DNA from: Octopus sinensis
Taxonomy: Eukaryota
Direction of reading: 5' to 3'
Assembly: GCF_006345805.1 (NCBI RefSeq)
Contig: NC_043008.1
Span: 72,230,001-72,294,000, forward strand
Length of the DNA: 64,000 nucleotides
A program made the translations under genes and the position numbers. Position 1 is the first letter of the stretch, and each line of letters opens with the position of its first letter. Positions 14,306-28,670 of the stretch are shown piece after piece. A model generated the notes under the pieces. The model was not told the DNA's origin. It searched no databases and saw nothing but the letters and a program-made list of their open reading frames with translations.

Positions 14306-15224
14306 TTTCTAAAGTATTTTCATTATTTCTTTATAAATTACATTCTATTTTATGTTGATGTCTCCTGTTTTCCAATTTCTAATGTTTTCTCTTTCTTTTT
14401 CTTATCTGTTTTTATGTATTTTTTGTTTCCTTTATCTACTTTATTTTTACGTTTTCGATTTTCTTTTATTTTTTCCCTTTCTGTTTTTGCTATTTATAAT
14501 ATTATTGCTTCTTTTGTTATTTTTATCTCAACTTTTTCTCAGATTAACTTACTGTTTTCTGCTATTGTCTGCTGTTTTCTAATTCATCTCATTTTCTATT
14601 AATTTTGATTTTCTTTTTCTCTCATGTTCTTTTCTGTATTATCATATTCTCGTGTTTTCTATTAGAAATTTGAAATAACTTCCCAGCTAACTTATCATTT
14701 CCATGACGTATTTACTTTAGAAATTCTGCATGCATGTGATCAATGAAAAAAACTTCCCTAAAACTTGATGCCTTTCCTAGTCCGAAATCGTTTTAGTCCC
14801 AACAAAAAGGAATAATATAAGCTGATGTTACTCTTTTTCTTTAGCCCGGGGTCAGACCTGTTCCAGCATGCCTATGATCGCAAAGCATTCCGTGCATAAC
14901 TATCCGATCTTTTTGTGTATCGACGATTATTTCGTCCAAGCGTGTCCCTTTTATGGCATTCTGTGTTGTGATATGATTTGATTTAGTTACCTTTTGTATC
15001 ATATGGAATGGTCTAATACTTAAAATATGTGACATTTGTCTACATTCAACTAAATTCATGCGTTTTAAAACGACCCAAGATTATGTCAGTAACGCCAGTA
15101 AGTGTCGAAGTGGAACAAGGAGAAAAGGAACTGTAAATAAAAGTTGAACATTGCAGTAGCCCGAAAACGCAAGTAGTATATAAGCTTAGTTACTAAGTTA
15201 CAACTTGTTCACTGCTTAGAAATA

Positions 15225-15425
15225 TTGCTTTCAAATTTTGGCACAGGGCCAGCGGTTTTAGAAGAGGTTTTAGTCGATTACATTGACCCGTGTTCAACCG
15301 GTACTTATTTTATCTACTCTGAAACGATGAAAAGAAAAGTAGAATCTTAACTTAGACCGCCAATACGGACGAAATGACGCCAGTCATTTTGCCCGGCATA
15401 ATAATGATTCTATCATCTCACTGCT
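15225..15425 (-). mobile_element. tRNA-derived SINE
   Basis: Reverse complement of the same SINE consensus, diverged. Confidence 0.8.
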
Positions 15426-16513
15426 TTACTACTTAGAAATATTAGCATAATTCATTATGTACCAATCGTGGTCTATATAAAGGTACTTCGCTTTACTTCA
15501 TACTCATGATCTGCAATTCAATTGGAAAGGCCGTTTTAGAAAAACAAATATCACTTGAAATTTTGTAAATAATTTTCTATTGTAGCCAGGTTGAGTAGGT
15601 GAGAAATGGGACCATGCTTTGTAGGAAGAGCATTTAGTTTTAAATTTACATGCATTAAAACAAGGACATATGAAAGCGTAAAAGGCGTCCGCCAATATAA
15701 AGTTGAAGGGACACAATATGACCATCGGTTAAGAGTAAGGGAATGTAAATGTGACTAGCTATGAGGTTAACATGCAACCGTCATTAACATAAAGACACAT
15801 GGCATGTAACAGACGATAACTATCCGTCTATCCCTTCTAGTTCACTCGGTCTCCCCCTTAACCTTCGCCTCTAGACGTCTATCTTTTTGGTTCTTCACAT
15901 CGCCTTCTCTTCTAGAAGTTGAGGTAAAACCAACCTTCTCATGATGTAAACAAACGTCCAGAAACAACGCTAAGTACAAATCTTTCATACTGTGGCCAAT
16001 AACAACATATTATTTCTAGTGTGCTGAAAACAAAATGCACGCAGCACACACTGTAAATTTGTCAGCGAGCCAAATGCGAAATGTTAAAGTAGAGAGGGTA
16101 CATTAGTCTTGTCAGTGACAAGATTAATTTGATACAGCGGGTGCCACGTTAAAAGCACACCAGTAGAAACTGTAAAGTGTTTTGTAATAAAAAGAAGCCA
16201 AGCAGCTGAAAAACAATCATGCATGAAGCATACAAACGAAGAATAGTCACTAAAGAGCCTTTATCTAGAATAATGAGAGACTTGGCCCGTCAAGTCTGCG
16301 CAAACCCACGGAAAAACCGACGTAACATGGTGAGGAGATATACAGACACGACGTCGTCAAACGGATGTCACACATATTATATATGTATGAGTGTATCTTC
16401 CAGTTAAATCCAATATTGTATATAATGTAACAAAACCTGTAAACGAACATTTATCAATGATATATGGAAAACAAGATGTGAATTGTGGATGATAATTCAA
16501 TATACATTCAATA

Positions 16514-16570
16514 ATCGTATATACATACGATTATTGATTTTTCCGCTAATATACAATACATACACCCACC

Positions 16571-16646
<76 letters not shown>

Positions 16647-16700
16647 AGGTGGGTGTATGTATTGTATATTAACGGAAAAATCAATAATCGTATGTATATA

Positions 16701-16704
<4 letters not shown>
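16514..16704. repeat. Inverted duplication (about 65-bp arms, 1 mismatch) centred on a (TA)n array
   Basis: cgtatatacatacgattattgatttttccgctaatatacaatacatacacccacctata is mirrored at about 16643-16702. Confidence 0.9.
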
Positions 16705-16737
<33 letters not shown>

Positions 16738-17327
16738 TATATATTACCTGTATGTGTGCATACGCAAACATATTTAACAGATATAAATAGATAGATATAT
16801 AGATAGATAGATACACACATACATTCATACATAGAAGCGTAGCCCACGTGTTTACTAAATTTACTTTACAATCATTTGATTCCAGCTACCATTTTATTAC
16901 GTGAAATCTTGCGCAACTGACGTTTTAACACAGCATCGAGTTAACTTCCTATTTGTGTGTGAAATTGAGTGGAGTTTCAACAATAAGCTTATAGGGTTCT
17001 ACCTGTAATTGAAAGTACCATCTTTGTTGCACATCGTGACACTCATTTTATCTGAGAATAAACGTTAATTTATCTGGTGTACACACATTCGCTATAGTTC
17101 AGTGGGTCAGCAGTACAGTTTGAAATATTCATTATCCATTTAATTTTTTCCCTGAACATACGCTTGTAAAATATAGATACATGTGTGCGTGTCTGTGTAT
17201 GTGTATGCATACCTGTGCGTGTGAATTCGCACACACACACACACATATGTATATATTCATATTAATATATATTAATATAAATATCAATATTAATATACAT
17301 ATGAATATTAATGCATATATGTATATT

Positions 17328-17394
<67 letters not shown>

Positions 17395-17525
17395 CTATAT
17401 GCAAGAACACATAGACTTATCTATCTATTTATCTATGTATCAGTCTATCTATGTATTAATCTATTTATCCATCTGTCTGATTCTTTCTATGTATGTGTGC
17501 ATGTGCCTGTGTACATATATGTGTG

Positions 17526-17567
<42 letters not shown>

Positions 17568-18524
17568 TATATATATACATGTATATATATTCATATGTTT
17601 GTATATAATATATATACCCATCTATATGAATATACATATATCTGTGTGTGTGCTGCCTACATAGATACACACAGAGAATACATCAAACGATCACTTGATG
17701 TTCTTTGATAGCAATAGATGAATTACAAGTGACTATACCTTAGCTGACAATGTGAAATAAGTAGATTATTGCCATTACTCTAACTTGCAAGAGAGTGACT
17801 GCTGAATGATATACTTCAATATCACATGTTGCATGAGATATTATCATAGATTCAACAATAAAAAAATCGCCAATATTCTGTATAGCGTAACTGACAAAAG
17901 CTGTAATAGAAGATCTATCAATGAAATGATTTCTGATATGACATGTCAAGGAAAAGATAATTACAGTTTTTGGTTTGTTGTTTTTCCGGTGACCGACATT
18001 TTAAAATGTAAAATGTAAAAACCACACACACACCCAGGTACACACAACACACACACACACAAATGTATGAATGTGTATTTATATGTGTGTATATATGTAT
18101 ATATTAAAGATAGATATATTCTGGTGTATGACATAAGAGGCAACAGGAATTTTTGATGTATTAAAATCATCTCTGCGAAATGGCAATTGAGATCCCATCT
18201 GAGAAGATTAGAAAATATGAAAATTTAAAAATTCTTTTAAGTTAATGTCATTAAGGGAAATGACATGTGTGAATATGCGTTTCTGCCTCAAAAGACACCA
18301 TCAGGACGACAGTGGTCATGAGCTTTCTCCTTCAGGCAAGCGTGACATAGACATATCCGAAAGAAATGGAATGAAAATATGGTCCAGGTAATTTCTAAAA
18401 GTGAATAAAACTCGTAAATACACACACACAGACATATATATATATATACAGACATATATATATATATATACAGACATACATATATGTGTGTGTGTGTGTG
18501 TGTATTGTGATTTTCCTTAGGCAT

Positions 18525-18706
18525 AGCGATACGAGTAAGTCGATTATAAGGATCCCAGTACTGAATTGGTACTAATTTTTTTGACCCGGAAAGAATGAAA
18601 GACAAAGTCAGCTTGGGCGGAATGTGAACTCAGAACGTAAAGACGGACGAAAGCTGCAAAGAAGTTTGCCCAGCGTGCTACCGATCCTTCCAGCTCGCCG
18701 CCTTAA
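18525..18706 (-). mobile_element. tRNA-derived SINE
   Basis: gcggaatgtgaactcagaacgtaaagacggacgaaa...ccagctcgccgcctta is the reverse complement of the SINE head. Confidence 0.88.
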
Positions 18707-19889
18707 GCTACCGACCATAATACTAATTAATGGAATGATAACAGAAAATGAATTAATAAATTTCGTTGGATTACAGCTGCTTCTACTATAAGAAACATTG
18801 CGTTTAGAGTCTGGTGCTTGTGCATCACTTTATAGCTTCCTCGAAACCTTTAATGTGTGTTTTTGTGAAGGTGTGTGTGTGTGTGAGTCTGTGTGTGTGT
18901 ATGTGTGTATGTGTGTGTGTGTATGAGTATGCGTGTATCTGAGTGAATATATATAAATATATGTATGTATGTCTTGAAATTTTCTGTTTTCTTTATCAGA
19001 AGAATAAAACCTTTGGTTATGATATTCAATTTCTCTGCAATACATTTTAGCATGGTATGCATCCGCTCTATACAGTAGCAAACCATTTCAATAACTGATC
19101 TGTCCTTCTTGATAATTTATCTTTTTTTTATCACTTTTCTAGAGATCTGAAGCAAGCTACTTGTTGCTTATGTCGGTTTTAAAGCAGTTGACTGCGTGAC
19201 CTATATTGTATCTCTGTATAACATCAGTGAAGATATTTTCATTCAATATTTCAGTGATTTGCCAAGACATTTTTTATTGATTGGACAAGAAATAGTAGTT
19301 TTTGCATTCACACAGTGATGGAAGTCCAGACTACTCGTGCGTGTTTGCGTTTGTATACTTTTTCGGTTAATATTTTATATTAAAGTGACACGATGTTCGG
19401 TGCAACTGAAGTAACTTCTACTCTGTCTTGGTTTAAAAAATTGTAGTATTTACAAATTCCTGCAAAAATACTATAATGTACAGATTATAATACCTACGAT
19501 AGGTATTAATAAATATCAGATAACAGAAATATATAAGATATAGGAAATATTTTCTATGCATTAATGTTAATTGAAAAAAATGTATATAAATTGTTACCCT
19601 GTTTTATCTCTCTATGTCTTAAGTGTTTTATACAGTGTATTTGGTTTTGAAATCCCATCCCTGATAAATAATGATAATTATGATTATATGAATAATTATT
19701 GTAATCCTTATGATTATATGATTATATGAAGCAAGTTGAAAGATTTCATCTAGCTCATATTAGATACGCGACAACTAAATCTGCCGAATTGGTACTTAAG
19801 ACAGTCATCAGATGCTTACTATAAACATGTATACATATATACTTACATACATGTTTATATATATATACATATATACATATATATATATG

Positions 19890-19952
<63 letters not shown>

Positions 19953-19982
19953 GTTGTATATACATACATACTCGTATGTATG

Positions 19983-20019
<37 letters not shown>

Positions 20020-20721
20020 GTGCTTGCGTGTATGTATGTATATGTATAGATGAATCGGCATCTCATTAGTCTTCGTTTAAGGAATGTACTTGCCAGTATT
20101 TAGATATTGAGGTGCAACAATGAAAGTGACAATTTTAATATTAGTGTTGAATATGGTTCTTAAAGTAAATCTCTACGGTTGTTTCTTAAGAATATTTCGT
20201 ATCCACTTGACTGCGTGAACAGGCATTTGATAGACGTGATATGATCGGATCGTCTTTTCGTTAAATGCGTAATTTTAATCTGAATATTAGTTATGAAGCT
20301 AATCTAATACATAGTTAACAACAAGCTCACGAATTGCCTGCTCCATTTTAACTGCCTACACTCACATCAACCGTTATACTTAATCCAAGTGTAATTATCA
20401 TGAAAAATCATTGGCTTTTGAGCATTAATTATAATATTTATATAAGTATTATCAGAGTACAAGTGCGAAAAGTATCAATTGCTAATGGTTGAGCAGTATT
20501 GATTTTGTATATAAGTACTCTATGAATCAACAGAGAATGATCGCAGTTCCATAAGAAGTCTCGTGGTCTCACACACACACACACACACACACACACATTT
20601 ATATATACACATCTACTTATATACACACACACACACACGTGTATATGCATATAAAAGTTTTGAACCCATAACCAACAAATCACAAAAATGTCCTTTGTTT
20701 CAACCTATTAAATCTCTTCAG

Positions 20722-20762
20722 ACACACACGAATTTTAGTCTAAATTCCGACACAAGCTGCAG
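20722..20762 (+). CDS. Candidate 41-nt exon of an unidentified gene (THTNFSLNSDTSC)
   Basis: ttcAG acceptor, CAG|GTAAGG donor and a single open frame. No recognisable homology. Confidence 0.2.
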
Positions 20763-20914
20763 GTAAGGAAAAATCACTACTGATCCACCTGCATCAAACT
20801 TCTACTTCATTACACTCCTGTATCATAATACTGAATTGATTGCATCATTAACATCTTTTTACCTTACTTTTACATTTTTCATTAAAGGGTGCCACTACCA
20901 AAATTGTTAATCCC

Positions 20915-21125
20915 CACACGTTTAAAATATTGATTCCAAATTCGGGGACTGAGGTACGTCGATTACATCGAACTCCAGTACGCAATTGGTACTTATTTTA
21001 TCTACCCGGAAATGATGAAAAGCAAAGTCAATCTCGGCGGAATTTGAATTTAGATCATAAAGACAGGCGAAATGCCGCTAAGCATTTTCCTAGGCGTGCT
21101 AACGATTGTGCCAGCTTGCCGCTCT
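20915..21125 (-). mobile_element. tRNA-derived SINE
   Basis: Reverse-complement SINE consensus with B-box (gcggaatttgaatt). Confidence 0.88.
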
Positions 21126-21443
21126 ACCACATATCTATAATATTCGCTATTTTATTCAGTTCTGTTATATAATTAAATATAAGCAGTTTTATTTTTTTTA
21201 CTCTAAATACACTAGTCTATTGCAATATTACCTACACCAATATTTCTCTACTACTCTCGGCTTCTGTATTACAATTTCACAACACCAATACTACATCAAC
21301 TGAGTATACCAACGTTGCACTAACCGCACAACAACACTATTACATTAGACATAGGATACGGTGGTATTTACTATGCTCAACACGCGCCAGTGCTTCAGGA
21401 AGATAGTATAAACCATAACTGTGGTTTCTCTAAAATCTCTCAG

Positions 21444-21510
21444 AAACATATTTCGAAGACAAGATAGTTGCAAAAGATTGACTGGATTCATTAAAGCTAT
21501 TCATGTTCAG
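21444..21510 (+). CDS. Candidate 67-nt exon (NIFRRQDSCKRLTGFIKAIHVQ), phase-compatible with 20722-20762
   Basis: ctctcAG acceptor, CAG|GTATTA donor and only one open frame. No homology recognised. Confidence 0.18.
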
Positions 21511-22840
21511 GTATTAAAAATTAATACGTCTTTTGAAATCTTCATAACACTGCTTTTCATTTATTTTCAGTGAATTAGAATTTACTTCACATTAAAGATA
21601 AAAAAAATCAACATCACCAGTTCACTATATTACGTGAATGCTACAGTATTGAAATTACGGATTGGTTGGTATTCAAGGAAACTGAGTGTATAGTAAAACA
21701 TGAAGGTGTGCGTAAGTGGAGACAGGTAGAAGTGTGCACGTCTACAGCTATATATATAAGTGTGTGTGTGTGTATACATATGCATATGTGTGTGTATGTA
21801 CATATATATATGCAAACACATGCGTACGAATGCATATGAGTGTATGTGTATAATTTTGCGTAAGCCTACATAAATGATGGATACTAAGATGATGGTGCAA
21901 AAATTTCAACAGTAAGGTATTGTGCACGTTTATGTATATGTCCATACACTAAAATAAAAAGTATAACTGTATGCATTCAAGTGCATACTGGCATACACAT
22001 GAATTCATTCAGATCATAAACACACATATGCATATGTATGTATGTATGTATGTGTGTATATATATATATATCTATATATATATATATATATATATATGCA
22101 CAGACACACACACAAACACACACTCACACGCACGCACACACACACATACATATGTACACACACTCTATTATATATAATTTTTCTTGCCGAAATATATCGT
22201 CCCACACTCTATTTCCATACTAGTACTCACACACATCAAAGTATATATACGTGTATATGTGTGTATTTGCGTATGTGCACTGTATGTATAACAGGTCAAA
22301 GTAATGTATATTCAATAAATGCTTTTATACATATATTAACCTGTGTATATATGCACTCGTGTACGCATTACCATTATGTATCTGTGTGTGCGTACGTCTA
22401 TAAATTATACACACACATATATGTATATACAAATACATACATACATACATACATACATACATACATACACACATATACGTTTGCCTGTTGTCACTATGGT
22501 TATTGCTTCTGTTTTTTCTCGGTGTATAATGTCAAAAGAGACAATATGCTTCCAACTGTCAGAGGAGAAAATAACATTTATACTTGTTTGTGTCTGCATG
22601 ATTCTGTGTTCACGTAAGTACGTACACCGACACACTTCAGCACTTACACAGGCACACACACACACAACACACACACACACACATACACACGCGCACCCAT
22701 GCATACACAGATATACACATTCATATACTGATATAGATATGGGTAGATAGCTGCATACATATACGTGTGTGTAGTCATATTCCTCTGTCTTTCTCTATTG
22801 TCCTTGTCTGACGGTCTGTCTGTTTCTCTCTTTCTCCCTA

Positions 22841-22901
<61 letters not shown>

Positions 22902-24222
22902 TATATATATCCACACATATATTACCACACACACACACTTACACATATGTGTGCATGCGAGTATGCATTGAAATATTAGTTTGTAAACGCATGAGATACA
23001 TAGTACTCAGTGCATAGTTGAGAGTATGTTGTTTATTCTGAATTGAAGTTTTTGCGTCTCTAGTTTCCCTCCATTATGAACTTTGAAAAAAATGTTTATA
23101 TATATATTTTATATACATAGAAGCGTGCTCATTCTTCTACGTCTATTTTTTTATTGTTTTCTTTTTCTTCTTTTTTCGTAAGGGGTATATATGATAAAGA
23201 TTATTTTTATCTCTGTTTTGTCTTTGGAATTATAGTCATTTTGCTTCTTTTCATTGGCTAATGCACCAGTAGTTTTGCCTCTGTTGCTCGCTTTTGCTCT
23301 TCTATAAAGTTTCTCTGGGATATCGTTCGTTTACTCCGTCAATTAGCGATGTTTTGATTATTGCCACATTGTTACATTTCATTGCTCAAATGGTCGGTTC
23401 ACTAATCTAAACCATTTAGTTTCATTATCATATATATACTTTCTCTAAATAATAATTCTGTTTCTGTCTCCATTGGCTTTGACGAAGTCTATCCTTGGCC
23501 GTTAAATCTTGTTAGTACGTACCCATGACCATTGTATCCAGTATCTTTAAATTATCATTCTTTTCCGGTTAGTTCCTTGGTAATCTTGTTACCTGATTTA
23601 AATAAAATATTACTAGAATGAGTAAGCAGTACCTCCACCACTATCTTTACTAATATTACGATATCAAATATTTACATTTATTTGCATTTCGGGACAAATT
23701 TTTGAAAATTGAATTATTTTGTGTCTGCAATGCGACATCATCTCATACCTTCTAATGAGCAAGCATATTTATTGGGTAACTATATAGTATTTCTATGCGG
23801 TGCATGGAGCAAAGAAACCAGAGCAATTATTCTCAATGTCCTATTTATATTGGCTAGTTATCTGTTGATATGCATAGGGACCTCGAATGAAAGTGAAATT
23901 TGGAAAGGGTGTTACATTCCAGATGCGTATATTACAGAAGATTTGTATATGCTGTGTTGGTGGTGAGTATGTAAGTGTTAAAATTATTCGTATTGAAAGT
24001 GGTGAAGGATTGTAACGATGGTGGTGATGGAAGCGATGATGATAACATTCGTAGCAGAAAGGTTAGTGGTATTGCTTGTACTGCGGGTATTGTTGCTAGT
24101 GACGCTATTGCTATGATAATATGTAATATAAATTTAGTAATGACTACAAGGATAATGCTGTTGGGAGCAATGTCAGAAATGTTCGTTTTAGTCTTAGTAT
24201 TCTTTCTCCTCATAACTATGCT

Positions 24223-24223
<1 letters not shown>

Positions 24224-24262
<39 letters not shown>

Positions 24263-24305
24263 CAACGGTAGCAGCAGCAGCAGTGGCGGTGGTGGTGGTG
24301 GTGGC
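24224..24305. repeat. (TAG)n-(CAG)n-(GGT)n compound microsatellite
   Basis: Direct reading. Confidence 0.9.
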
Positions 24306-24719
24306 GGCTGTAGTTGTAATATTGTAATTATTGTTACAGTCATCCACAGCAACTTCTACGTCGTTGTAATAATCATCATCATCGTCCACTTATTTTTCTT
24401 TTCTCATTATTACCGTTGTTATTGTTGCTATTGTAGTCCAAATATTTATACTATTATTTTTCCGTTTTCCACTTTGGTTGTTTTTCTCCATGCTAATACA
24501 TACGTCGACACACACACACAAACACACACAAACGCACAAACACATACACACACATACACCCACTCACGCACACACATATATATTTACGTATGTACGAAGG
24601 TATGTCTTTATGTCTTTGATTACATGGAATTCAACTTTTCAAAAATATCTTGGAATTATTTCTAAATAGTTTGCTCACCAAAATTCGCATTTAGAACCAG
24701 TAAATGGTTAATTATACAT

Positions 24720-24754
24720 TGAGCAGCAGCAGCAGCAGCAGCGGCAATAGTAGC

Positions 24755-24839
<85 letters not shown>

Positions 24840-24852
24840 ACAGCAGCAGCTG
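24720..24852. repeat. (AGC)n-(AGT)n microsatellite (the poly-Ser ORF is an artefact)
   Basis: Direct reading. Confidence 0.93.
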
Positions 24853-25464
24853 CAGTTTCATTATTGATTTTAATTATTATAATTTCTACTCTTCTTTTTT
24901 CTTTTTGTTGAAAATATATTGGGAAACAAAGCGAAGGAAAATGTCACATCGTATTTTAGCAAAATATTTTTCTGGTTTTCTTGTTCTTCATTTTCGTTAA
25001 TTCCGATTAAAAGATCTAAAAGAATATTTAATCTTTGAAGAGGAAAAAAATCCGCCAACAACATTTTGTATCATGATAGAAAGTTCAGTTGTGGTGTTAA
25101 ATATATTTGTGTTGTAATACTTTTATAATGGTTTCATGGTATAGAGGAGGAATAAAGGTCAAACAATCTCTAGAAAGAGTCATAGAACTTAAATTTCAGT
25201 TTGCTCTATTAAACAGTAGTAATAGCGGTTCTTTGGAATCAGTAAGTAATGGAATATGTTTAATTAAGTAACTCTCATTTGGAAGATTAACGTAATCATT
25301 TCAGTGTCAAATATTTTGTAGCGGCTTTATTTTATACGTTTTGAGTTCAGATCACAAAATTGATTTTGCCTTACATGCTTACGAGGCTGACAAAATAAAA
25401 ACCATTCAAGTACTGGAATAATGGCATCGGCCAGTCGTCACCCGACAAAATTTCATTACTGGTC

Positions 25465-25513
<49 letters not shown>

Positions 25514-25637
25514 CTTCGACCTGACTCGGGTATCACTAGCAGAATTCATCTAGATAGAAGGTTAATACATGTAGCATTAGATAAGCACTAGCTGAGCAAT
25601 GAAGGTCAATGTAATCAACTCGCCCCTCCTGAGAGGA

Positions 25638-25638
25638 C

Positions 25639-25728
<90 letters not shown>

Positions 25729-25796
25729 TATTATTATTATTATTACTATTATTATTATTATTATTATTATTATTATCATCATCATCATTATTATTA

Positions 25797-25832
<36 letters not shown>

Positions 25833-25843
25833 CATCATCATCA

Positions 25844-25880
<37 letters not shown>
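25638..25880. repeat. (ATT)n/(ATC)n microsatellite
   Basis: Direct reading. Confidence 0.95.
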
Positions 25881-25881
<1 letters not shown>

Positions 25882-26115
25882 TACTTCGAGTTTCACTTGA
25901 GAAGGAAAATGCGGGTGGAGAGAGAAGTACTGTCCTTGAGTCAAAGTTGCGAAAATGGCAAGAGTGGATTGTACATCTCTGAGTGTAGACCTGTGAGTCA
26001 GAGAAAGGGAATTGGAAGGAGCACTTGCTCTTGGTGTTCAGAGAGATCTCGGACAATGGTGTGCCTCGATTATCCCTAGAGATCATCATCTATCAGGAGG
26101 GCTATATATCTATCA
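25881..26115 (-). mobile_element. Probable 3' UTR end of a Dong-like LINE
   Basis: GC-richer segment ending on minus in gtgaaactcgaagta directly followed by (AAT)n, the same arrangement as the other LINE ends here. No ORF motif retained. Confidence 0.4.
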
Positions 26116-26288
26116 TCCCCACGGATCTTTTAAACATTGTAAACTATGTAAATTTCCCTTTCATTTCATTGTATACCGTGTATACTTAGCTTTTTGTTTC
26201 AATTATAATTATCATTTCATGTAAATCCTCACACTTGGTTCCTGTCTTTATATTGTCCCCCTCATCCTCCCAAGGAGCAAATAAATGA

Positions 26289-26328
<40 letters not shown>

Positions 26329-26339
26329 GTATATATGTA

Positions 26340-26375
<36 letters not shown>

Positions 26376-26376
<1 letters not shown>

Positions 26377-26942
26377 GAGGGTGAGTCAAAAATAATACCA
26401 TTTTGTTTAGAACAGGTATAATTACCAACACAGGAACATATATCATACAGCAAAATGAAGCTGGTGGTCTGTGGATCACATCTCTACTTCTCAACATAGT
26501 CACCGTTTCCTTCTATAGTAATATTCCACCTTCGAATGAGAGCATGCATTCCTGCCCCGTAAAATTCTGTTGACTGTTCTTTGAGCCACTTCTTCAGTAC
26601 AGTTTTCACTTCCTCGTCACTGGCATAATGTTTGCCCCTCAAACCCTCTTTCATGGGGCCGATGAGATGATAGTCTGAAGGCGCTAAATTATTCCAGTGA
26701 CGAGGAAGTGAAAACTGTAGTGAAGAAGTGGCTCAAAGAACAGTCAGCAGAATTTTACGGGACAGGGATACATGCTCTCATTTGAAGGTGGAACATTGCT
26801 AGAGAGAGAAACATTGACTATGTGGAGAGGTATGGATGTGATCCACAGAGGACCAGCTTCATTTTGATGTATGATCCATGTTCCTATGTTGGTAATTATG
26901 CTTATCCTAAACAAAATGGCATTACTTTTTGACTCATCCTCG
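26376..26942. mobile_element. Non-autonomous mariner fold-back element made of two 3' ends
   Basis: TA flanks at both ends; TIR CGAGG(G/A)TGAGTCAAAAA. Arms of about 249 bp (26376-26623 and 26694-26942) each encode SDEEVKTVVKKWLKEQS..FY..GIHALI.RWNI. The 70-bp centre encodes LAPSDYHLIGPMKEGLRGKHYA on minus. Confidence 0.92.
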
Positions 26943-27494
26943 TATATTCATGTATATATGCATGTATACATGTATCATATATATAGACGTATATACATAT
27001 ACACATATATATGTGTGTGTGTGTGTATGTATACATCAACACACACCCATATAGATGCACACATACATTCATATTGTCCAACGAACGGGAACGTGAAACA
27101 CTGAGTAACAATATTTGTGATATCTTTTGTAATATTTCTGCTGCTTTTAATAAAAGATATACATACATACATACTTCCCTGTACTAGTTTAATTAAATTC
27201 TTCCTTACTCGAAAGATACCTATTGTTATGTCCTGTTATTTGTATTTGTGCAACATTCTCCGTATTTTTCTTCCTTGTTTTCGTATACCTTCGCTGTTTT
27301 CTTCCAAGGAATCCAATGCTCTTAGCTTAGTTTTGTTTGGGGCTGGCCAGATTGGAGCAATCTCGAGTATAACCAGCAGAAATTGCAAAGATAATCTGGA
27401 ACTCGACTGAAGAAAGAAAACTTCGAATGACCCGTCCTTGTTTTCTTTGTATCGTCTATCTGGATGGTTTGCGTTCTTGTCCCATTTTGTGTGA

Positions 27495-27539
<45 letters not shown>

Positions 27540-27699
27540 ATTATATATATATATTATATATGTAGATCCCGGGTTGATTCGGGGTTAACCACAGTAAATA
27601 AGGTACTCAAAGAGAGAGAGAGACAGTAAATAAGGTACTATAAAGAGAGAGAGAGAGAGATATTAGATAGATATATACCGGCGTACGTAGACTTTGGTC

Positions 27700-27734
<35 letters not shown>

Positions 27735-28441
27735 ATACATATATTTAGAGGTATACATATATATATATATACATAAATATACGAAAACACATACACACAC
27801 ACACAAAAACAAAATTGAACATGCATATACACAAACACGAACACACTAATAAACATACATATGCACATAGACACGTGTATTTTCTACACCCACACACACA
27901 TACACATGCCTACACAAGGAAAAGAAATGTAAATAAACTTTTCTCATATTAACACATGTCCAGATATTTGTGAGGTCTGACACATTTATTATGATTAACT
28001 GGTACTTACCCTATCGATCCCGGAATGTATAAACATAAAGAGATTTAAATCAAGCCATAAAGACATAACATTTGAATTAGCGTGACATTTCTGCCATCCC
28101 AGACGACAGATGTGTTTTGATACCAGTAATCAACTGGTGGATATTTTATCAAGTCCCAAATTTTACCTGGGTATCATATAAAGGGAAGCAATTAAATACT
28201 ACTGTAAGATAACTTATCCGCTTCTCTTTGATTCTGATAAACCTCAGTCAGTTTATCATTTTAATTGATTTCGAAAAATTGGCAGTTGGTTTCGAGGATC
28301 AAACATACGTTTCTCACTCGCACGCGCGCACACGCACACACGCACCACACACAAACGCACACATACACACAAAGAAACACGCATGTATATGCATGTGCAT
28401 ATATATATATACGTACATATATATGTATGTATATATGTATG

Positions 28442-28476
<35 letters not shown>

Positions 28477-28518
28477 TTATATATATATATTTATTTATAT
28501 ACATATATATAATTTATA

Positions 28519-28670
28519 GAAAAGCAAAAGACGAAGACAGGTGTATGAACAACAAGCAAGTGCATTAGTTTGACGCTCGAGAAAAATGTAGAAGTCTATT
28601 ACATTTCGAGCCTATGCTCTTCGACAGAAAGGAATAATAAAAAAATAAACAGAGAGAATGAAAGAAAATT
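28519..28670 (-). mobile_element. Dispersed repeat, Penelope-terminus-like (family 3), with a hammerhead-like core
   Basis: Similar to 63436-63580. Minus strand reads cttt-CTGTCGA-aGAGC atag GCTC-GAAAtgta. Confidence 0.55.

Noticed and set aside
14282-14640. Hydrophobic F/L/I-rich ORFs suggesting a membrane protein
   Set aside because: T-rich low-complexity DNA; the composition explains the hydrophobicity.
27150-27480. Possible Penelope RT/GIY-YIG coding remnant on minus
   Set aside because: I could not find a convincing diagnostic motif in any frame, so it is left unassigned.
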